A DNA stretch of 64,000 bases from Novosphingobium sp. (GTDB lineage Bacteria; Pseudomonadota; Alphaproteobacteria; Sphingomonadales; Sphingomonadaceae): positions 19,041 to 83,040 of the forward strand of contig NZ_JAYRKX010000014.1 of assembly GCF_041905565.1 (NCBI RefSeq), given 5' to 3'. The notes beneath the pieces are model-generated. The model had not been told where the DNA came from and did no database searches. It saw only the letters and a list, made by a program, of their open reading frames with translations. The position numbers and the translations under genes were made by a program. Shown here piece by piece: positions 45,832 to 56,754 of the stretch; the first letter of the stretch is position 1; every line of letters begins with the position of its first letter.

Positions 45832-47079
45832 ATGGGCCGTTACACATTCAACCTCCCCGACATTGGCGAAGGCATTGCCGAGGCCGAGATCGTCGCCTGG
45901 CACGTCAAGGTGGGCGACCGGGTCGAGGAAGACGACAAGCTGGCCGACGTCATGACCGACAAGGCCACGGTCGAAATGGAAAGCCCGGTGGCCGGGACCG
46001 TGATCGAAGTGGCCGGCGCGGAAGGTGACATGATCGCGATCGGTTCCGCCCTGGTGGTGATCGAGACTGAGGGGGAAGGGGAGGCAGAACCGGCCGCGAC
46101 GCCGGCAGCGCCGGTTGCCCCCGCGCCGCCGCCTGCGCCCGAACCGCAGCCCGCGCCGGCTCCCAAGCCCGCTCAGCCTGAGCCTGTGGTCGTCCAAGCG
46201 CCCGCTCCGCAGGCCAAGGTTCTCGCCAGCCCGGCGGTGCGCGCCCGGGCGAAGGATCTCGGTATCGACCTCGCCCAGGTTCGTGCTGCCGAAGACGGCC
46301 GCGTGCGTCACGCCGATCTGGATGCGTTCCTGGCCTATAACGGGGCGTACCGCGCGCCGGGCGGCAGCCGCGCGGACGAAGTGATCAAGGTAATGGGTCT
46401 GCGCCGCCGCATTGCCGAGAACATGGCCGCGTCCAAGCGCCACATCCCGCACTTCTCCTATGTCGAGGAATGCGACGTCACCGCGCTGGAAGCGATGCGT
46501 GGGCAATTGAACGAAGGCCGCGCTGATCGCCCGCGCCTGACCATGCTGCCGCTGCTGATCGCCGCGATCTGCAAGACCCTGCCGCAGTTCCCGATGCTGA
46601 ATGCGCGCTATGACGATGAAGCCAACGTGGTCACCCGCTACGGCGCGGTCCATCTCGGCATGGCGACGCAGACGCCCGGCGGGCTGATGGTCCCGGTGAT
46701 TCGCGACGCGCAGGACCGCAACGTCTGGCAACTGGCGAACGAGATCGCCCGGCTGGCCGAAGCCGCGCGCAATGGCACCGCGAAAAGCGAGGAATTGTCC
46801 GGCTCGACCCTGACGATCACGTCACTGGGGCCGCTGGGCGGGGTGGCGACCACTCCGGTGATCAACCGCCCCGAAGTGGCGATCATCGGCCCCAACCGGA
46901 TCGTCGAACGCCCGATGTTCGTGCCCGATGGCATGGGCGGCGAGCGGATCGAAAAGCGCAAGCTGATGAACGTGTCGATCAGCTGCGATCACCGCGTGGT
47001 CGATGGCTGGGATGCGGCCAGCTTCGTCCAGGCGCTGAAGCGCCTGATCGAAACGCCGGTGCTGCTGCTGGATAACTGA
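45832..47079 (+). CDS. bkdB: Dihydrolipoamide acyltransferase (E2) of the branched-chain 2-oxoacid dehydrogenase complex
   Basis: GAGGAA RBS. Lipoyl-lysine motif 'DVMTDKATVEMESP', Pro/Ala linker, E3-binding domain, catalytic 'SCDHRVVDG'. Confidence 0.92.
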   Translation: MGRYTFNLPDIGEGIAEAEIVAWHVKVGDRVEEDDKLADVMTDKATVEMESPVAGTVIEVAGAEGDMIAIGSALVVIETEGEGEAEPAATPAAPVAPAPPPAPEPQPAPAPKPAQPEPVVVQAPAPQAKVLASPAVRARAKDLGIDLAQVRAAEDGRVRHADLDAFLAYNGAYRAPGGSRADEVIKVMGLRRRIAENMAASKRHIPHFSYVEECDVTALEAMRGQLNEGRADRPRLTMLPLLIAAICKTLPQFPMLNARYDDEANVVTRYGAVHLGMATQTPGGLMVPVIRDAQDRNVWQLANEIARLAEAARNGTAKSEELSGSTLTITSLGPLGGVATTPVINRPEVAIIGPNRIVERPMFVPDGMGGERIEKRKLMNVSISCDHRVVDGWDAASFVQALKRLIETPVLLLDN

Positions 47080-47081
47080 AC

Positions 47082-47522
47082 CTAGCGCACGATCCCGCTG
47101 TAGGTGATCGAACCCGCGCCGCGTGCGGCATGGCCGGGATCGACGCGCCAGCGCACGTGGGTGACGTCTTCGGGCGTGGCCAGCCGCTGGCCCACGCGCA
47201 GCGCGCCCAGCTTGCCCCAGATGCGCCCGCCGTCCACGCTCACTTCCTCGTCGCCATTGGCGCTGCCCTGGAACGCGACCGAGCGGGGCAGGGGATTGGT
47301 GACAACGAATCCGCCCTGGCCGCCCATCCGGGTCCAGTTGACCACATAGACCAGCCGGTCCCCCCGGCTGAGTCGCGCCGCCGGCTCCAGCATCCGGCCC
47401 GATTGCGGCGCGCCCCGTTCCACGAATACGGCGCTGTCGAGCGCGACCAGCGGATTGGCCACGGCGGGCGCAGCAAACGGTGTGCAGCAGGCAAGAATCG
47501 CAAGCGTGCGGCGGATGGTCAC
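47082..47522 (-). CDS. Hypothetical secreted protein
   Basis: GTG at 47522 preceded by AAGGGGG. Signal peptide 'IRRTLAILACCTPFAAPAVA'. Beta-rich sequence with no confidently recognised domain. Confidence 0.55.
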   Translation of the reverse strand: MTIRRTLAILACCTPFAAPAVANPLVALDSAVFVERGAPQSGRMLEPAARLSRGDRLVYVVNWTRMGGQGGFVVTNPLPRSVAFQGSANGDEEVSVDGGRIWGKLGALRVGQRLATPEDVTHVRWRVDPGHAARGAGSITYSGIVR

Positions 47523-47715
47523 AGGTATCGGCCCCCTTGTTCGTCCGCGCGGCCGCGGACTGTGCGCGGCAAGGTGTCGCAAATCCCGGCAAAAGAATGG
47601 TTAATGCTGACTTGCGGGCCTTTGGGAATTCGCCCCGGCCGCCCCGGCAAGTGCGGTCGGAAGCGCACTGATGCGGCGCTTGTGAAAACCTTTTTGGCAT
47701 CTGTGCGAAGGGGTG

Positions 47716-47744
47716 TTGACACCCCGCGCGCGCTGCCCTAGTGG
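47716..47744 (+). promoter_or_regulatory. Putative sigma70 promoter of tRNA-Asp
   Basis: TTGACA (47716..47721), 17 nt, TAGTGG (47739..47744), then GC-rich discriminator CGCG. It lies 20 nt upstream of the tRNA 5' end. Confidence 0.45.
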
Positions 47745-47764
47745 CGCGTCTCCCAAGTGGCTGC

Positions 47765-47841
47765 GCGGGTGTAGCTCAGTTGGTTAGAGTGTCGGCCTGT
47801 CACGCCGAAGGTCGCGGGTTCGAGCCCCGTCACTCGCGCCA
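47765..47841 (+). tRNA. tRNA-Asp (anticodon GTC)
   Basis: GCGGGTGTAGCTCAGTTGGTTAGAGT...CGGCCTGTCACGCCGA...GGTTCGAGCCC...CACTCGCGCCA, a full cloverleaf with an encoded CCA. Confidence 0.93.
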
Positions 47842-47933
47842 CTTGGGAATTTTTCCAACAATTTGAAACACAACCACGTGGCGCTGCCGCGCGGGTGTGG
47901 TGTTGTCCCGGCGCCGCCGCACCGGGACCAGCC

Positions 47934-49010
47934 TCAGAATGCCTTGCTGAACGTCACGTCCTCGCTGCCTGCCGGGATCGACACCATCATCCCGTCCTGC
48001 GCCAGCTTGAGCGGGCCGCGGTAAGCCTTGGTCGCATCGCCCAGGAACAGCGGTTCAATCAGCCGCGCGGGCGGGGCGGGGACCAGGTGGTAGAGCACCA
48101 GCGCCTTCGCCCCGGCTTCATTGGCGGCGCGCGCGGCGTCTTCGGGGCTGGCGTGATAGCCTTGAATGTCGCCCATGATCTTTGCCGCGTCGCCGCGCCC
48201 GCGTTCAGCCAGCTTGGCCCCCAGCGCGGCGATCATGCGCTTGTTCAGCGCTTCGTGCAGCAACAGGTCGGTGTCTTTGGCCGCCTTGACCAGCGCCGGG
48301 GCATAGACCGTATCGCCCGAAAGGGTGACCGACCGGCCCTTGTAGTCCACGCGGTAACCGAAGGCAGGCTTGATCGGATCGTGAATCACCCGGATCGCGG
48401 TGATCCTGACGCCGCCCTGGTCGTAAACCGTCTGGCTGTCGGTCCCGTCGGGCAGGGCAATCACCTGGGCCGTGCCGCCAAACCCGCCGGGGCGCGCCAC
48501 TTGCGGGCCGTGGTGGGCAATGCGGAAGCCCTTGTCGATGTCATACAGCTGGGTTTCGGCGGCGATCACCTTGTCGGTGCCATCGGGGCCATAGACCGGC
48601 AGCGGCGCGCCGCGCGATCCGCCGATCCACGCCTGGAGCAGCAGTTCGCCCAGTCCGTCGATGTGGTCGGAATGAAGGTGGGTCAGGAACCCGGCCTGGA
48701 TCCGCTCCATCGGAAAGCCCATCCGCATCAGCTTGCGAATCGAACCCGATCCGGCGTCGAACACGAAGGCCTGCTTGCCCGCCAGCACGCCGATGCACGG
48801 TCCGGCGCGCGCCGCATCGGGCATGGGCGAACCGCTGCCGCAAACGTAGACGTTGATGCCGTCAGGCAGGCTGGCGGATTGGTCAACACCCACCGAAGTG
48901 TCCAGCGCGCGCTGGAACGCACGTTCAGCCAGCCAGCCGCGCCCCAGCAGCAAAACCGCGCCAATCGCCAGCACCAGTCCGGCCAGCCCCCACAGCAGCT
49001 TGCGCTTCAT
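47934..49010 (-). CDS. MBL-fold metallo-hydrolase (membrane-anchored or secreted)
   Basis: 358 aa with a GGGAGAG RBS and an N-terminal TM/signal segment. 'HLHSDH' metallo-beta-lactamase motif. Confidence 0.85.
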   Translation of the reverse strand: MKRKLLWGLAGLVLAIGAVLLLGRGWLAERAFQRALDTSVGVDQSASLPDGINVYVCGSGSPMPDAARAGPCIGVLAGKQAFVFDAGSGSIRKLMRMGFPMERIQAGFLTHLHSDHIDGLGELLLQAWIGGSRGAPLPVYGPDGTDKVIAAETQLYDIDKGFRIAHHGPQVARPGGFGGTAQVIALPDGTDSQTVYDQGGVRITAIRVIHDPIKPAFGYRVDYKGRSVTLSGDTVYAPALVKAAKDTDLLLHEALNKRMIAALGAKLAERGRGDAAKIMGDIQGYHASPEDAARAANEAGAKALVLYHLVPAPPARLIEPLFLGDATKAYRGPLKLAQDGMMVSIPAGSEDVTFSKAF

Positions 49011-49061
49011 TCAGTTCTCTCCCGCCTTGTTCTTGCGGCGGAAGCTAACCCGGCTTGGGCG

Positions 49062-49277
49062 TCAGCGCCAGCGTCCCGTTTCCATCCAGATCAGGAAGCG
49101 GCGCAGCGGCAGCAGCCAGACCACGCCCAGCACAATATAGACCGGCAATTGCCCCAGCGCGGGCCAATCGGCGATCAGCGGAGCGAGGTAGCGGGCGATC
49201 AGCCCGCCATAGACCAGCAGTGCCGCCAGCAGCGCCAGCACGCCCAGCGGGATCCGCACGGTTGGTTCAGTTCGCAT
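49062..49277 (-). CDS. DUF2842 family small membrane protein
   Basis: About 71 aa with two TM helices. The 'LPLRRFLIWMETGRW' C-terminus is typical of the family as I remember it. The ATG overlaps the upstream stop (TGATG). Confidence 0.72.
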   Translation of the reverse strand: MRTEPTVRIPLGVLALLAALLVYGGLIARYLAPLIADWPALGQLPVYIVLGVVWLLPLRRFLIWMETGRWR

Positions 49278-49849
49278 CACAGCGGTCCATACAGGCGGGT
49301 CGGAGTGACCACAGCGTTGAGCATCATGTCATGGCGTTCCAGCGGCAATTCATCAACCAGCTGGCAATCCCAGGCCAGGCCAATGCGCAAAGTGGCGGGA
49401 TGATCGGCCAGCCAGCGGTCGTAATGCCCGCCGCCATAACCAATCCGAGCGCCTTCGGCGGTAAAGCCCAGCAGCGGCACGAAAGCCACCTGCGGCTCCA
49501 GCAGCGGCGCATCTGCGGCGGGCTGCATCGCCTTGAACGGATCGCGCTCCAGCAGGTCCTCGATGAACGGGTTGGTCCATTCGCGAAAGGCCATCGGCGC
49601 CGCGCGGTCCGCGAACCAGGGCAGGGCAATGTGGTGGCCCTGCTCGAAGAACCAGCGGCCATAGTGGCAGGCCGGCGCTTCGCCCGGCATTTCGTGATAG
49701 ATCGAGATCACCGAGCCCGGCGGGACCAGGCTGACCAGCGCGCCCGGCGGGCGGCGGAACAGCAGGCCCAGCTGCGCGCCGGGAATCGCGGCGACATGGT
49801 CGCGTCGGCGCCGAGCCAGATCGCGGCGCAGGCCAGGCTTGTCGGTCAT
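49277..49849 (-). CDS. 5-formyltetrahydrofolate cyclo-ligase
   Basis: 190 aa from 'MTDKPGLRRDLARRRRD'. 'GYGGGHYDRWL' motif. It occupies the position equivalent to E. coli ygfA, next to ssrS and zapA. Confidence 0.85.
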   Translation of the reverse strand: MTDKPGLRRDLARRRRDHVAAIPGAQLGLLFRRPPGALVSLVPPGSVISIYHEMPGEAPACHYGRWFFEQGHHIALPWFADRAAPMAFREWTNPFIEDLLERDPFKAMQPAADAPLLEPQVAFVPLLGFTAEGARIGYGGGHYDRWLADHPATLRIGLAWDCQLVDELPLERHDMMLNAVVTPTRLYGPL

Positions 49850-49881
49850 GCGCGCGGCTCCGCGATAAAAGGGAAAAGATC

Positions 49882-50061
49882 GGGTGACGGGACCACCATG
49901 GGCCGTTGCCGGGAAATCCTCTGACGCGTTCACGTCAGGTGGGGACCATATGTGCCGGACCTCTATGCGAAATAGCGGCCCGACCAGGGACAGCCCCCAT
50001 GGATTTGCTTATAGCCTCAGGGATTTTCATGCGGTTCGTACCGGGCAGTACCCGTCACCGC
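49882..50061 (-). ncRNA. ssrS: 6S RNA
   Basis: A roughly 230-nt non-coding gap between zapA and the 5-FTHF cyclo-ligase gene, which is the conserved ssrS locus. The minus-strand transcript ends pair (5' GGTGACGGG ... CCCGTCACC 3'), continue as an interrupted long rod (AAATCC/GGATTT, TGCCCGG/CCGGCA) and enclose a large central region. Confidence 0.65.
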
Positions 50062-50081
50062 CTTATCTAGTCGTCTGCGGC

Positions 50082-50372
50082 TCAGCTCTCAAGGGTGGTG
50101 GCGATTTTTTCCAGCCGGGTGGCCAATGCTTCCAGCGCCGGGGCGTGGGCATCGGGGTTGGCCGCCTGCGCTTTGGCACGCGTTTCGTGCAATTCGTCGG
50201 CCAGCAACAGCGCGGCGAACAACAGCTGGCGAACCTCGCCCTGGGCGCTGCTGCCCATATCGTCGACTTTGCCCGCGATGATCGCGCCCAGCGCGCGGAC
50301 GTGGTCTTCCTCGCCCTCGGCGCAGGCCACGGTATAATCGCGTCCGCCGATCCTCAGGGCTACGTTGCTCAT
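50082..50372 (-). CDS. zapA: Cell division protein ZapA
   Basis: 96 aa. '[33 protein letters not shown]...[12 protein letters not shown]' matches the ZapA family pattern. Confidence 0.85.
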   Translation of the reverse strand: MSNVALRIGGRDYTVACAEGEEDHVRALGAIIAGKVDDMGSSAQGEVRQLLFAALLLADELHETRAKAQAANPDAHAPALEALATRLEKIATTLES

Positions 50373-50379
50373 CGCGCGG

Positions 50380-50583
50380 TTACCCCTGTGCCGTTTCGAT
50401 CAGCAGGTCGAGCTGCTGCAAACCGTCGTTCACCGCTTCGCGCAGCTTGTGGTGGCGCGCTTGCAGCCGCGCCAGGTCGGCCGCGCTGCGGCGGTGGCCA
50501 GCCGCATTGCCCGCCGCCGCTTCAAGCCGGGCCAGCGCCGCCTCGATCCGGGCCAGGGCCTGGGTGGTTCGATCCCCGTTCAT
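50380..50583 (-). CDS. DUF4164-like small coiled-coil protein
   Basis: 67 aa ('[25 protein letters not shown]...'). It is the only plausible coding part of the 1079-aa antisense track ORF and has the conserved position upstream of zapA in alphaproteobacteria. Confidence 0.62.
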   Translation of the reverse strand: MNGDRTTQALARIEAALARLEAAAGNAAGHRRSAADLARLQARHHKLREAVNDGLQQLDLLIETAQG

Positions 50584-50766
50584 GACCCTTCGGCTAGCGC
50601 AAAGTCCGCGCCGCGCAAAGGGCGGGGCGGGGCTTTTCCCACGATCAGGGTCATTTGTGGCAAAGTCTGTGCCCCCACGCGCTTGACGGGGGGGCATGCC
50701 TCCGCAAAGGAACCCCTGCGCCGAATCGCCGCCGCATTTCGGCCTTTTCACGGAGCCTGCCAGACC

Positions 50767-52740
<1,974 letters not shown>

Positions 52741-52755
52741 GCAGGAGATTTGCAC

Positions 52756-53763
52756 ATGGCGATCAAGGTTGCGATCAACGGTTTCGGACGTATCGGACGC
52801 AATGTCGCCCGCGCCATCCTGGAGCGGACCGACCATGACATCGAACTGGTCTCGATCAACGATCTGGCTTCGCCCCAGGCGAACGCCATGCTGTTCCAGC
52901 GTGACAGCGTCCACGGTCCGTTCAGCGGCTCGGTCGAAGTCGATGGCAACGACCTGGTGATCAACGGCAAGCGCATCCACGTGACTGCCGAGCGCGATCC
53001 CGCCAACCTGCCGCACGGCGCGCAGGGCATCGACATCGTGCTGGAATGCACCGGCTTCTTCACTGACCGCGCGTCGTGCGAAAAGCACCTCGCCGCCGGC
53101 GCCAAGAAGGTCCTGATCTCGGCCCCGGGCAAGAACGTCGACCTGACGGTCGTGTTCGGCGTCAACCATGACAAGCTCGAAGCGGCGCACACCATCGTCT
53201 CGAACGCTTCGTGCACCACCAACTGCCTGGCGCCGTTCGCCAAGGTGCTGAACGATGCCATCGGCATCGAACGCGGCCTGATGACCACGGTTCACGCCTA
53301 TACCAACGACCAGAAGATTCTTGACCAGATCCACGAAGATCCGCGCCGCGCCCGCGCTGCTGCGATGTCGATGATCCCGACCACCACCGGCGCCGCCCGC
53401 GCCGTGGGTGAAGTGCTGCCGGAACTGAAGGGCAAGCTGGACGGCTCGGCCATCCGCGTGCCGACCCCGAACGTCTCGGTCGTCGACCTGACCTTCCAGC
53501 CCAAGCGCGACACGACCAAGGAAGAAGTCAACGCGCTGCTCAAGGCCGCGTCGGAAGGCGCGCTCAAGGGCGTGCTGGGCTTCTCGGACGAACCGCTGGT
53601 CTCGATCGACTACAACCACTGCCCGAACAGCAGCACCATCGACAGCCTCGAAACCGCGGTAATCGACGGCAAGCTGGTGCGCGTGCTGAGCTGGTACGAC
53701 AACGAATGGGGCTTCTCCAACCGCATGGTCGACACGGCCGGCGCGATGGGCAAGCTGCTGTAA
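52756..53763 (+). CDS. gap: Glyceraldehyde-3-phosphate dehydrogenase
   Basis: '[15 protein letters not shown]' with AGGAG 8 nt upstream. Catalytic '[12 protein letters not shown]'. Confidence 0.96.
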   Translation: MAIKVAINGFGRIGRNVARAILERTDHDIELVSINDLASPQANAMLFQRDSVHGPFSGSVEVDGNDLVINGKRIHVTAERDPANLPHGAQGIDIVLECTGFFTDRASCEKHLAAGAKKVLISAPGKNVDLTVVFGVNHDKLEAAHTIVSNASCTTNCLAPFAKVLNDAIGIERGLMTTVHAYTNDQKILDQIHEDPRRARAAAMSMIPTTTGAARAVGEVLPELKGKLDGSAIRVPTPNVSVVDLTFQPKRDTTKEEVNALLKAASEGALKGVLGFSDEPLVSIDYNHCPNSSTIDSLETAVIDGKLVRVLSWYDNEWGFSNRMVDTAGAMGKLL

Positions 53764-53774
53764 GGACGGGAAAG

Positions 53775-54974
53775 ATGACGAAGTTCCGCACGCTCGATGA
53801 TCTCGGAGACCTGACCGGCAAGGTCGCGCTGGTGCGCGTCGACCTGAACCTGCCGATGCAGGACGGGGCAGTGACCGACGATACGCGCGTGCGGGCTTCG
53901 GCCCCGACGATTCTCGAACTCAGTCAGAAGGGCGCGAAAGTGCTGCTGCTGGCCCACTTCGGCCGGCCCAAGGGCGAACGCGTTTCGACCATGTCGGTGT
54001 CGATGACGCTCGATGCGGTCCAGGCCGTGCTGGGCAAGGAAGTGATGTTCGTCCCCGAAGTGGCGGGCGACGTGGTCAAGCAGGCCGTGGGCATCCTCCA
54101 GCCGGGCGACATCGCCATGCTGGAAAACACCCGCTTCTGGAAGGGTGAGGAAAAGAACGACGCGGAACTCGCCAAGGCGATTGCCGCCAATGGCGATATC
54201 TACGTCAACGATGCCTTCTCTGCTGCGCACCGCGCGCACGCCAGCACCGAGGGCCTGGCGCACCTGTTGCCGGCCTATGCTGGCCGCTCGATGCAGGCCG
54301 AGCTTGAAGCGCTCGACAGGGCGCTTGGCACCCCGGTGAAGCCGGTGGCGGCCGTGGTTGGCGGGGCCAAGGTTTCCTCGAAGCTGGACGTGCTGACCCA
54401 TCTGGTCACCCAGGTCGATCACCTGATCATCGGTGGCGGCATGGCCAACACGTTCTTGGCTGCGCGCGGCGTGAATGTCGGAAAGTCGTTGTGCGAGCAT
54501 GACTTGGCGCCGACTGCCGAGAAAATCCTTGAAACGGCGGAGCAGTCCGGCTGCACCGTGCACCTGCCCTACGATGTCGTGGTGGCCAAGGAATTCGCGG
54601 CCAATCCCGCGTCTTTGCGCACCTGCAACGTCCATGAAGTGGCGGCGGACGAAATGATCCTCGACGTTGGCCCCCAGGCGGTCGAAGCGCTGGCCGACGT
54701 GCTCAAGACCTGCCGCACGCTGGTCTGGAACGGCCCGCTCGGCGCCTTCGAAACCCAGCCGTTCGATCATGCCACGGTCGCGCTCGCGCGCAGCGCCGCC
54801 GCCCTGACGGCGGAAGGCGCGCTGATCTCGGTCGCGGGCGGGGGCGATACGGTCGCCGCGCTCAACCATGCTGGTGTGGCGGACGATTTCTCTTATATTT
54901 CAACTGCTGGCGGCGCTTTCCTCGAATGGATGGAAGGCAAGGAACTGCCCGGCGTGAAGGCTCTCGAACTCTGA
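53775..54974 (+). CDS. pgk: Phosphoglycerate kinase
   Basis: 399 aa from '[27 protein letters not shown]'. The full-length PGK pattern is present. Confidence 0.96.
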   Translation: MTKFRTLDDLGDLTGKVALVRVDLNLPMQDGAVTDDTRVRASAPTILELSQKGAKVLLLAHFGRPKGERVSTMSVSMTLDAVQAVLGKEVMFVPEVAGDVVKQAVGILQPGDIAMLENTRFWKGEEKNDAELAKAIAANGDIYVNDAFSAAHRAHASTEGLAHLLPAYAGRSMQAELEALDRALGTPVKPVAAVVGGAKVSSKLDVLTHLVTQVDHLIIGGGMANTFLAARGVNVGKSLCEHDLAPTAEKILETAEQSGCTVHLPYDVVVAKEFAANPASLRTCNVHEVAADEMILDVGPQAVEALADVLKTCRTLVWNGPLGAFETQPFDHATVALARSAAALTAEGALISVAGGGDTVAALNHAGVADDFSYISTAGGAFLEWMEGKELPGVKALEL

Positions 54975-55055
54975 TTGGCTAGCAAGGTTGCCATTGGCGG
55001 CCTTGCTCGTTATCGGCCTCGATCACATACGTATGCAATGACAGGGACGGACACC

Positions 55056-55943
55056 ATGAACACTGCTGAAATGACCGCCAAGATGGCTGCCGGCAACGGC
55101 TTTATCGCCGCGCTCGACCAGTCGGGCGGCTCGACCCCCAAGGCGCTGGCCGGTTACGGGATCGAAGCGGGCGCCTGGTCGAACGACGAGGAAATGTTCG
55201 GCCTGATCCACGAAATGCGCGCCCGGATCATCCGTTCGAAGGCGTTCGACGGCAGCAAGGTGATCGGCGCGATCCTGTTCGAGCGCACCATGGAGGGCAC
55301 GGTCGATGGCGTGCCCACCCCGCAGGCGCTGATCGCCAAGGGCGTGGTGCCTTTCATCAAGATCGACAAGGGCCTGGAAGACGAAGTCAACGGCGTGCAG
55401 CTGATGAAGCCGATGCCGGAACTTGACGCGCTGCTGGTCCGTTCGAAGACGCTGGGCGTCTATGGCACCAAGGAACGTTCGGTGATCAATTCGGCCAATG
55501 CCGAAGGCATCGCGGCGGTCGTCGCGCAGCAGTTCGAAGTGGGCCGCCAGGTCCTCTCGCACGGCATGATGCCGATGCTGGAGCCGGAAATTAACATCAA
55601 GAGCGAAACCCGCGCCGAATGCGACCAGATCATGCTGGCCGAAATCCTCAAGAACCTGGAAAGCATGGACCAGCAGGTCATGCTGAAGCTGTCGCTGCCG
55701 GTGGTGCCGGGCACCTTCGATCCGCTGACCAGCCACCCCAAGGTGCTGCGCGTGGTTGCGCTGTCGGGCGGTTACAAGCGCCCCGAAGCCTGCGTGGAAC
55801 TCAGCAAGAACAAGGGCATCATCGCCAGCTTCAGCCGCGCGCTGCTGGAAGACCTGCGCGCGCAGATGAGCGACGATGAATTCGACGCCTCGCTCGCCGA
55901 AGCGATCGACGCGATTTACAAGGGTTCGACCCAGAAGATCTGA
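55056..55943 (+). CDS. fda: Class I fructose-bisphosphate aldolase
   Basis: 'MNTAEMTAKMAAGNGFIAALDQSGGSTPKAL' aligns with the N-terminus of bacterial class I aldolases. An alternative ATG lies at 55038. Confidence 0.9.
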   Translation: MNTAEMTAKMAAGNGFIAALDQSGGSTPKALAGYGIEAGAWSNDEEMFGLIHEMRARIIRSKAFDGSKVIGAILFERTMEGTVDGVPTPQALIAKGVVPFIKIDKGLEDEVNGVQLMKPMPELDALLVRSKTLGVYGTKERSVINSANAEGIAAVVAQQFEVGRQVLSHGMMPMLEPEINIKSETRAECDQIMLAEILKNLESMDQQVMLKLSLPVVPGTFDPLTSHPKVLRVVALSGGYKRPEACVELSKNKGIIASFSRALLEDLRAQMSDDEFDASLAEAIDAIYKGSTQKI

Positions 55944-55966
55944 TCGTCCCCGCGCGATCGTCACTC

Positions 55967-55999
55967 AAAGGGGCGGTGCCGCAAGGCGCCGCCCCTTTT
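55967..55999 (+). terminator. Rho-independent terminator after the aldolase gene
   Basis: Stem AAAGGGGCGGTGCC / GGCGCCGCCCCTTT with one G-U pair and loop GCAA, followed by a short T-run. Confidence 0.6.
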
Positions 56000-56057
56000 G
56001 CTTGGCCTGGCGCCAGAACGCTTGGCGCGGGCGGGCCGGGGCGATAGGGAGGCTGTC

Positions 56058-56675
56058 ATGTCCGATTGCCAACTCTACCTGATTTCGCCGCTCGACGTTG
56101 GCGGCGCTTTCCCCGACCGGCTGGCCCGCGCGCTCGATGCCGGGCCGGTCGCCGCGTTCCAGCTGCGCGTCAAGGACGTCAGCGAGCACGAGGCGGCGCG
56201 CCTGGCCGAACCGCTGCAAAAGCTGTGCGCCGCGCGCGACGTGGCGTTCATCGTCAACGATTCGATCAGCCTTGCGAAGCGCCTCGGCGCGGACGGGGTC
56301 CATCTGGGCCAGGAGGATGGCGAGGTTGAGGACGCGCGCAAGCGCCTGGGTCGCGACGCGCAGATCGGCGTGACCTGCCACAACAGCCGCCACCTGGCGA
56401 TGGAAGCGGGCGAGGCGGGGGCGGACTATGTCGCCTTTGGCGCCTTCTTCCCGACCACGACCAAGCAAACCGAACATCGCGCCGAACCGGACCTGCTGAC
56501 CTGGTGGCAGGACCTCATGGAAATCCCCTGCGTCGCGATTGGCGGGATCACGCGGGAGAATTGCGCGCCGCTGGTCAGGGCCGGGGCGGACTTCCTCGCG
56601 GTCTCGGGCGCGGTGTGGAATGGTGACGAGGCGGCGGCAGTGCGCGCCTTGCACACCGCGATCGCCGGGGCATAA
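56058..56675 (+). CDS. thiE: Thiamine-phosphate synthase
   Basis: AGGGAGG RBS. 205 aa. 'FQLRVKD', '[22 protein letters not shown]', 'CVAIGGI' ThiE motifs. Confidence 0.88.
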   Translation: MSDCQLYLISPLDVGGAFPDRLARALDAGPVAAFQLRVKDVSEHEAARLAEPLQKLCAARDVAFIVNDSISLAKRLGADGVHLGQEDGEVEDARKRLGRDAQIGVTCHNSRHLAMEAGEAGADYVAFGAFFPTTTKQTEHRAEPDLLTWWQDLMEIPCVAIGGITRENCAPLVRAGADFLAVSGAVWNGDEAAAVRALHTAIAGA

Positions 56676-56754
56676 GCCGCCCGGCCCTGGTTCACCTGGC
56701 CGCGGCATTGTGCGAACAAGTTGCGATCGACCGGGTGAATCAGGGGAGTAACCG

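Noticed and set aside
47765-49280. Possible genomic island integrated at tRNA-Asp (also considered for tRNA-Asn, tRNA-Leu and both tRNA-Pro genes)
   Set aside because: There is no integrase, no direct repeat of the tRNA 3' end, and no visible compositional shift. The downstream genes (MBL hydrolase, DUF2842, folate cyclo-ligase, ssrS, zapA) are core-like.
55999-56057. Possible TPP riboswitch upstream of thiE
   Set aside because: Only about 58 nt lie between the aldolase terminator and the thiE start. The conserved THI-box elements (CTGAGA ... ACCTGATCTGGATAATGCCAGCG-like) are absent.
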